Source: Aulosira sp. ZfuVER01
Lineage (GTDB): Bacteria > Cyanobacteriota > Cyanobacteriia > Cyanobacteriales > Nostocaceae
Assembly (NCBI GenBank): GCA_034530615.2
Contig: JAVRCV020000076.1
Coordinates: forward strand, 1 to 21,823
Length of the DNA: 21,823 nucleotides
Reading direction: 5' to 3'
Part shown: one piece after another, positions 1 to 6,151 of the stretch
Layout: the number at the start of each line of letters is the position of its first letter
Numbering within the stretch: position 1 is the first letter of the stretch
The notes under the pieces: model-generated
Seen by the model: only the letters and a program-made list of their open reading frames with translations
Databases searched by the model: none
What the model was told of the DNA's origin: nothing
Translations under genes and position numbers: made by a program

Positions 1-657
1 TATTTTATAATTTTACTACCTACTTTTATCATAAGTGATTATACGAACATGATATGACTATAAATAGCTCACACCGATATCACAGCGAGGAAATTATCAC
101 TGTGTTGAAGTCTCAACTCCTCTGGGAGTTTCAATATCAATTGAATTACACCCAAACGAAAACCTCGCTCATCACTCACGTGCGATCGCTATCTGATTAG
201 TTGAGAATAATGTCAATAAGCTCAGATTAGGTAATTGAGACTTGGTGTTTCAGCCGCGATCGCATTCCCAAAGCAACATCTGGAAGCTTTCCCTGTCTCC
301 AGTGGCAAACATACCCTATACTAGGCGTGTATTAGCTTGACTTAACAATGTATGACGAAAGTTGTAGGAATATTTGCCTAATTAGTCAACGAAAGTTAGA
401 GATCGTGTCTTTATTTAGTTGGGATGAAAAGTCAAGACGTTTTGTAGATGTATCTCCTGAGGAAAATTTTTACTATAAAGATAGTTGTTTAAAGAATTAA
501 AACCATATTTACGCAAAAATAACAACAATCAATAAAGTAAATATAGTGCTGTTTAGCAACTTGCTTACATTGTAGGAAGAAAATTTGAGGCTACTAAACC
601 TGATAAATTTACTCCCACCCAATGTTGCAATTACTACTATGACCAAATATTATCGCC

Positions 658-1725
658 ATGTTAGGTAATCTCAAGCTGGCAACTAAATTTACCTTGCTTC
701 TGTCTCTCGTTTTCCTCGGGACTATATTAATTAGTGGGATTGCTTTATCTAGTGCACTTGAACAAAGAGCCGAAAATGAAGTCAATTATCGGGGGCAAGT
801 TCTGATACAAATGATGAACTCGGTGAGAGACTATACTCATAACCATATCAGTCCCCTGTTAGCGTCTACCTGGGAAGAAAAACCACAGTTCACACCAGAA
901 ATAGTACCTAGCTATTCCGCCAGAGAAGTTTTTGAGAATCTGCGTAGTCAAAAAGAATATGCAAATTTCTTTTACAAAGACGCCACAATTAACCCAACAA
1001 ATTTACGGGATAAAGCTGATGACTTTGAAAGCAATCTGATAGAACAGTTTCGTCAAGATCCAAAATTGGAAAGTCTATCAGGTTTTAGGAATTTATTTGG
1101 CGAGCAATTGTTTTACAGTAGTAGACCTTTGGCGATTCAACAACAAAGTTGTTTGCGTTGTCATTCTACACCAGCGGAAGCACCTAAAAGCCAGGTGGCA
1201 ACTTATGGTAGTGACAATGGTTTTAACTGGAAGCTAAATGAAATTATTGCTACTCAAATTATATATGTTCCAGCTAGTAAAGTTTTTGAAAATGCCCGTC
1301 AGACTTTCTCTTTAGTTATTGTAATTTTTATTTTCATCTTTGCTATTGTGATTTTGGTTATTAATTATTCGTTAAAACATGATGTTATCCAGCCTATTAG
1401 ACCAATGGCTAAATTGGCTGAAAAAATCAGCATGGATACAATCGATGCTGAGTCGGAAGATAAAGATTTAGAACTGACGAAATTGGCTGTGATTGCCAAG
1501 CGGACTGATGAGTTAGGCAAGCTGGGTAAGGTTTTCTATCGCATGGTGCATGAAATCCAAACTCGCGAACAAGCTTGGAAAAAACAGATGGAACAACTCC
1601 GCGTGCAAATTGACCAAGCTAAGAAAAATCAGCAAGTGGAAGAAATAGCAGGTTCAGATTACTTCCAAAAATTACACGCAGAAGCTAAAGATATTAGGAA
1701 TAAATGGTCAGAGACAGACGAGTAA
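658..1725 (+). CDS. Membrane sensor: TM - DUF3365/Tll0287-like c-type heme domain - TM - HAMP - short C-terminal coiled coil; no kinase, cyclase or MCP output domain
   Basis: Two hydrophobic segments (FTLLLSLVFLGTILISGIAL; FSLVIVIFIFIFAIVILVI) flank a domain with YKDATINPTNLRDKADDFE and the CxxCH motif CLRCH. HAMP-like region IQPIRPMAKLAEKIS...RTDELGKLGKVFYRMV. Confidence 0.85.
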   Translation: MLGNLKLATKFTLLLSLVFLGTILISGIALSSALEQRAENEVNYRGQVLIQMMNSVRDYTHNHISPLLASTWEEKPQFTPEIVPSYSAREVFENLRSQKEYANFFYKDATINPTNLRDKADDFESNLIEQFRQDPKLESLSGFRNLFGEQLFYSSRPLAIQQQSCLRCHSTPAEAPKSQVATYGSDNGFNWKLNEIIATQIIYVPASKVFENARQTFSLVIVIFIFIFAIVILVINYSLKHDVIQPIRPMAKLAEKISMDTIDAESEDKDLELTKLAVIAKRTDELGKLGKVFYRMVHEIQTREQAWKKQMEQLRVQIDQAKKNQQVEEIAGSDYFQKLHAEAKDIRNKWSETDE

Positions 1726-1764
1726 TTCATTGAATTATTAATTTCAAATTTATTGGGAGCTATC

Positions 1765-2547
1765 ATGTCTAAAGTCGTATCTGTCCATTCATTCCGTGGT
1801 GGTACTGGTAAGTCAAATGTGACTGCAAACCTGGCAACAATGATTGCACGTTCTGGCAAGCGGGTTGGTATTGTTGATACTGATATTCAATCACCAGGAA
1901 TTCACGTTCTCTTCGGCCTGGATGAAAACAAAATTACCTACACTCTCAATGATTATCTTTGGGGTCGCTGTGCAATTGAACAGGCTGCTTACGATGTTGG
2001 ACAGACAGCGAAGGTGAAACCGAAACCTTTTACCTTTGGAGCAAATGGTGCTATTTATCTAATTCCTTCCAGCATCAAGACTGGTGAAATATCTCGCATT
2101 TTGCGTGAGGGTTACGATGCGCGTTTACTCAATGATGGTTTTCGCAATCTTACCCGTAAGTTGAAATTAGATTATTTATTTATTGATACTCATCCTGGCA
2201 TTAACGAAGAAACTTTACTTTCTATTATTATTTCCGATATTTTAGTTGTGATTCTCCGTCCAGACCAACAAGATTATCAAGGTACGGCTGTCGCCATTGA
2301 TGTAGCGCGCAAGTTAGATGTCCCTAGAATTATGTTGGTGGTAAATAAAGCATTACCAAAGTTAAATTTTCAGGCTTTGCGGCAACAGATACAATCTGCT
2401 TATGGCACAACTGTAGCGGGTGTATTACCTGTCTGTGAAGAAATGTTCCATTTAGGTAGTAGTGATATTTTTAGCTTGCGCTACCCCGATCACGCTTGGA
2501 CGCAGGAAGTAACTGCGATCGCAAAACATATCCTTCATGGTAAGTAG
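1765..2547 (+). CDS. MinD/ParA-family (SIMIBI) P-loop ATPase
   Basis: Deviant Walker A SFRGGTGKS, switch I VDTDIQSPG, Walker B LFIDTHPG, and VVNK motif. ATG at 1765 follows GGGAG and is preferred over the TTG at 1753. Confidence 0.88.
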   Translation: MSKVVSVHSFRGGTGKSNVTANLATMIARSGKRVGIVDTDIQSPGIHVLFGLDENKITYTLNDYLWGRCAIEQAAYDVGQTAKVKPKPFTFGANGAIYLIPSSIKTGEISRILREGYDARLLNDGFRNLTRKLKLDYLFIDTHPGINEETLLSIIISDILVVILRPDQQDYQGTAVAIDVARKLDVPRIMLVVNKALPKLNFQALRQQIQSAYGTTVAGVLPVCEEMFHLGSSDIFSLRYPDHAWTQEVTAIAKHILHGK

Positions 2548-2733
2548 GTCGGCGCAATTTAAAGATAACTGGCGATAGTTGTCATTTATTTGTGAGGCTT
2601 TCATCCGAGATTCGCTTTCATAACCTCTATTTTCCCAGTGATTGAAAGTTGCAGCTAGACAAACCTGAAGAAGAGGTAGCTAAAGCGATCGCACAATACC
2701 TAAAAGATAAAAGACACAAGGAAATTTAGCACA

Positions 2734-2796
2734 AAGCGTAGATGCGTAGCAGCTTGTCATTAGACATCGCCTGTTGTGGAAGAGTAGAGCGATCGC
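2734..2796 (+). repeat. Solitary partial copy of the 58-bp array unit
   Basis: AAGCG[insert]ATCGCCTGTTGTGGAAGAGTAGAGCGATCGC matches array unit AAGCGATCGCCTGTTGTGGAAGAGTAATGCGATCGC (4464-4499). Confidence 0.85.
2739..2765. mobile_element. 27-nt small dispersed repeat (SDR5-like) inserted inside a HIP1 site
   Basis: GCG(2736-38) | TAGATGCGTAGCAGCTTGTCATTAGAC | ATCGC(2766-70). Removing the insert restores GCGATCGC and the start of the 58-bp array unit. Confidence 0.7.
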
Positions 2797-2815
2797 ACTT
2801 TTTATTTTCATATAT

Positions 2816-3391
2816 TTACCAGATGCCTTTCAGATTCAGCACAAATCCAGGTAGTATATCTTCTCCTGATAAACTAGTAGGAGATTGCAATACTTCAACA
2901 TCTTGATTGTGGCGATAGATTTCTACTCGTTGATTTTCTAAATCAATTAACCAGCCCAATCTAGAACCGTTATCTAGATACTCTTGCATTTTGTTCTGTA
3001 GCCTTTGCAAACAATCACTAGCAGAACGTAATTCCACCACAAAATCAGGACATACTGGAGCAAATTTTTCTTTTTGTTCCTGAGTAAGAGCATCCCATTT
3101 ATCGCGCTTTAACCAAGATGCATCAGGAGAACGAACTGCTCCATTTGGTAAAGTAAAACCAGTAGAAGAACTAAAAGTAACACCTAGTGATTCATCACGA
3201 TTCCACAACCCCAGTTGAGCAGTGATATTAGCATTGCAGTTACTAGTTATACCTCCTACAAGAGGCATTAATAACAATGTTCCATCAGGATTACGCTCAA
3301 ATCTGATTAGTTCGTTTATCTGACATAGCTGGAAGAATTGCTCATCTGTAAGTTGAATAACTGGGCTTAAATTGAGAGTTAGAGCATCCAT
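2816..3391 (-). CDS. Uma2-family (DUF820) PD-(D/E)XK endonuclease-like protein
   Basis: Motifs TGFTLPNGAVRSPDASW, CPDFVVELRS, KMQEYLDNGSRLGWLID and LSGEDILPGFVLNL. ATG at 3391; alternative GTG at 3397. Confidence 0.93.
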   Translation of the reverse strand: MDALTLNLSPVIQLTDEQFFQLCQINELIRFERNPDGTLLLMPLVGGITSNCNANITAQLGLWNRDESLGVTFSSSTGFTLPNGAVRSPDASWLKRDKWDALTQEQKEKFAPVCPDFVVELRSASDCLQRLQNKMQEYLDNGSRLGWLIDLENQRVEIYRHNQDVEVLQSPTSLSGEDILPGFVLNLKGIW

Positions 3392-3546
3392 TATCACACC
3401 AATAAAATAATAATTGGCTTTGTTTAATTTTCTCTAGCCTTTCTAGAGATATGCATCGAGAATTATATTAATAGTATGATGATTGTCTGGCATAATCTTT
3501 CTGTGTATATTAGATTTAGAAGTAGAAAATTAAAATTATAAATCTT

Positions 3547-3768
3547 ATGTCTAGTTATCAAGAAGTATTACATCAGGCTCAAAGTCTCACGCCTGAAGAA
3601 CAAATACGCTTAATTGAAGACTTATCAAGATTAATTCGTCAACAAATGACAATGAAATCTAAGCCAAAGCGTAGCATTCTGGAATTGCGTGGGTTGGGTA
3701 AAGAAATTTGGAATGGTATCGATGCTCAAGAATATGTCAATGAGGAACGTGATTCATGGAATGGTTAG
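3547..3768 (+). CDS. Putative type II antitoxin (VapB-like partner)
   Basis: 73 aa with C-terminal SILELRGLGKEIWNGIDAQEYVNEERDSW. Overlaps the PIN gene by 13 bp. Confidence 0.8.
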   Translation: MSSYQEVLHQAQSLTPEEQIRLIEDLSRLIRQQMTMKSKPKRSILELRGLGKEIWNGIDAQEYVNEERDSWNG

Positions 3769-4199
3769 TCCCGCTACAATCTCAAGTTGTGGGATTGGAT
3801 ACCGCACCACTGATTTACTTTATCGAACAAAATCCTCATTATGTGGATATTACAGATGCTTTCTTTGAAGCGATGTTTCGTGGTGAGTTTAGTGTTGTAA
3901 CATCAGTTATAACTGTATCAGAAGTATTAGTCTATCCCTTGCGTCAACGAAACACGAGATTAGCGCAACAATATCGTGATATTTTGTTCAATTCGCAAGG
4001 TTTGACGACTATCGAAGTTTTTCCAGATATCGCTGAAACTGCTGCACAATTAAGAGCAGATTACAACTTGAGAACCCCAAATGCTATTCAGATTGCTACT
4101 GCTATTCGTGGAGGTGCATCATTTTTCTTCACTAATGATGCACGTTTGCCATCGCTACCGGGGTTAACAGTGTTAGTTTTAAATCAATTAATAGCTTAA
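3756..4199 (+). CDS. vapC: PIN-domain (VapC-family) toxin, possibly attenuated
   Basis: VGLDTAPLIYF, SVITVSEVL, LRTPNAIQIATA, FFTNDARL. Directly downstream of and overlapping a small antitoxin-like ORF. Confidence 0.88.
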   Translation: MEWLVPLQSQVVGLDTAPLIYFIEQNPHYVDITDAFFEAMFRGEFSVVTSVITVSEVLVYPLRQRNTRLAQQYRDILFNSQGLTTIEVFPDIAETAAQLRADYNLRTPNAIQIATAIRGGASFFFTNDARLPSLPGLTVLVLNQLIA

Positions 4200-4259
4200 C
4201 TTTTTCGCTTGTAAGACATAGCAATTTGGAAAAATATTTGATCGTGCCATACTCATAAA

Positions 4260-4590
4260 GCGATCGGCTTGCAGAAAACCTCAAAAATTAAGCGATCGCC
4301 TGTTGTCGAAGAGTAATGCGATCGCTTTGCAGAATACCTCAAAAACTAAGCGATCGCTTGTTGTGGAAGAGTAGTGCTATCGCTTTGCAGAAAACCTCAA
4401 AAAGCAAGCGATCGCTTGTTGTAAAAGAGTAGTGCTATCGCCTTGCAGAGAACTTCTAAAATAAAGCGATCGCCTGTTGTGGAAGAGTAATGCGATCGCC
4501 TTGCAGAATACTTCAAAAACTAAGCGATCGCTTGTTGTGGAAGAGTAGTGCTATCACCTTGCAGAGAACTTCAAAAATCAAGCGATCGCT
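4260..4590. repeat. Tandem array of a 58-bp unit (about 5.7 copies), each with two HIP1 or HIP1-like octamers
   Basis: AAGCGATCGC starts at 4290, 4348, 4406, 4464, 4522 and 4580, an exact 58-bp period. Approximate consensus AAGCGATCGCYTGTTGTGGAAGAGTARTGCKATCGCYTTGCAGARWACYTCAAAAAHH. A partial unit starts at 4260. Confidence 0.97.
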
Positions 4591-4596
4591 TCTTCG

Positions 4597-5199
4597 CTAG
4601 CTATCGCCTCTTTTCTTGATATCAGCAACTCTCTTCATAAAAATGATTATATTGTCTAGAAATTCTACTTCTTGTAAAGGAGTTACAAGTATAGCTTGTC
4701 CGGTTTTGGACTTACTACTCTTTTGACTAACCACATTAACCCACTGCATTGGACAATTAACTTGATACCAATTTTTTAAACTTTGGGCATCTTTTTTGTC
4801 TCTTACGTTACCAGTATGCAATAGAAATTTGTTATTATTTGAATCTTGTGCAAATAGTCCTCCATATCGTCTATTAGATCCGTCGCATAAAATATTAATT
4901 TCAACTATTATTTTTTGGTGATCATGAGAACAACCAAAACCATTCCAATATATTATTTGACTTCTTTCTATTCCGTTATTTTTATAGGTATTTTGGTTCT
5001 GTAAATTTGTGAAAGGTTGATTCACATGAGAATTAGCAAACCAAATTTTATCATTATAAATTGTATGAATATTTGTTATCGTACGACTACGCGTTTTTAT
5101 AGTGCGACAATCAGTTTTATCTAACTTTCCTCTCAAAATATCTTTCATTAATTCTTGACAAGATTTTATTTCTTGAGATTCAGTTATGATTTCTAACAT
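4597..5199 (-). CDS. Hypothetical protein (AT-rich, 200 aa)
   Basis: Open 200-codon ATG ORF, co-oriented with xisH/xisI. No family confidently recognised. Confidence 0.7.
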   Translation of the reverse strand: MLEIITESQEIKSCQELMKDILRGKLDKTDCRTIKTRSRTITNIHTIYNDKIWFANSHVNQPFTNLQNQNTYKNNGIERSQIIYWNGFGCSHDHQKIIVEINILCDGSNRRYGGLFAQDSNNNKFLLHTGNVRDKKDAQSLKNWYQVNCPMQWVNVVSQKSSKSKTGQAILVTPLQEVEFLDNIIIFMKRVADIKKRGDS

Positions 5200-5281
5200 T
5201 TATTTAAATAAAGTTCACTTACAATAATGTTGTTAACATATAAGTTAAAGAATTGGGGTTAAGATTTATTAACTCGCGCTT

Positions 5282-5302
5282 GGAGATTTTCAAAAAATCT
5301 CC
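5282..5302. terminator. Hairpin immediately downstream of xisI
   Basis: GGAGATTTT-caa-AAAATCTCC, a perfect 9-bp stem abutting the xisI stop. Confidence 0.45.
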
Positions 5303-5637
5303 TAATTCACTGCATATTCTGTAAACTGTCTCATAAAAGGAGACTGGAACCCTAATACAATATCTTCCTTGGGAACACCCGCAGCTACTAAATTAGCTGC
5401 AATATCATCCTCTGTAGCATTCCATTGAAGCCAAATCTTGCCATTTTTAATATCAATATGGATGATACAACTATGTACCCAGTTTTGATCTTCCCAGCCT
5501 ACATGAACTATTTGATAATGGTCGCGTTCTGTATCAAAAATTGATTCAACTTCTATATTTCCGTAAGCTGGTTTTTGCTCGCTATGATCGTGTAATATTT
5601 TTTGTACAAGCTGGCGATACCGAGTTAATTTATCCAT
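5302..5637 (-). CDS. xisI: XisI-family protein
   Basis: FDTERDHYQIVHVGW, IHIDIKNGKIWLQWNATEDDIA, GVPKEDIVLGFQSP. Overlaps xisH by 13 bp. Confidence 0.95.
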   Translation of the reverse strand: MDKLTRYRQLVQKILHDHSEQKPAYGNIEVESIFDTERDHYQIVHVGWEDQNWVHSCIIHIDIKNGKIWLQWNATEDDIAANLVAAGVPKEDIVLGFQSPFMRQFTEYAVN

Positions 5638-6044
5638 TGGGAAATCACCTCTTGCTCTACATCATAAATCAGCATCTTCACCTGATTTTCTCCTATCATA
5701 TCTTTGGGAAAATCAAGCTGAAAAAATGTATTGTAAGTTGTTAAAGGTACGGCTAAATATAAAACACGCTCTGGTTGCACCCTTCTCAATGCACCTCGAT
5801 AATTAATAAACTGTCCTAATGCTGTATGAAATTCCGAGATAGCAGACGACTTCTGTAAAAAACTTTTAACTTCGACTACTATTTTTTGTCCTTGGCGTTC
5901 TGCGGCGATCAGCTTTTCTGCGGCTAAATCAATAGAAAGATTAACTCCTCCCACGCTAATTGTGAGTGGATCGTTAGTAATTTGCCAACCGTCTTTCTGT
6001 AAAGCTGTTTTGACAACTTCATGAAAAACATCTTTAGCAGGCAT
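5625..6044 (-). CDS. xisH: XisH-family protein (PD-(D/E)XK fold)
   Basis: MPAKDVFHEVVKTALQKDGWQITNDPL, IDLAAEKLIAAER, VEVKSF, FHTALGQFINYR, LYLAVP. Confidence 0.95.
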   Translation of the reverse strand: MPAKDVFHEVVKTALQKDGWQITNDPLTISVGGVNLSIDLAAEKLIAAERQGQKIVVEVKSFLQKSSAISEFHTALGQFINYRGALRRVQPERVLYLAVPLTTYNTFFQLDFPKDMIGENQVKMLIYDVEQEVISQWIN

Positions 6045-6113
6045 ACATATCTATAATTATATTTCTGATTTTTATGCCGTTGCATTCTGTGTCATCTGTA
6101 AAAACAGTTGGGT

Positions 6114-6145
6114 AAATAGAGACGTTCTCGAGAACGCCTCTATTT
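6114..6145. terminator. Near-perfect palindrome (REP-like) just downstream of chlH; likely 3' stem-loop or terminator
   Basis: AAATAGAGACGTTCTC/GAGAACGCCTCTATTT, 16-bp arms with one mismatch, 6 bp after the chlH stop. Confidence 0.6.
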
Positions 6146-6151
6146 TGATGA

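Noticed and set aside
54..200. 48-aa + strand ORF (MTINSSHRYH...)
   Set aside because: Short, no clear RBS and no recognisable motif.
4260..4590. CRISPR array interpretation of the 58-bp repeats
   Set aside because: The sequences between conserved blocks are themselves near-identical, so there are no unique spacers, and there are no cas genes.
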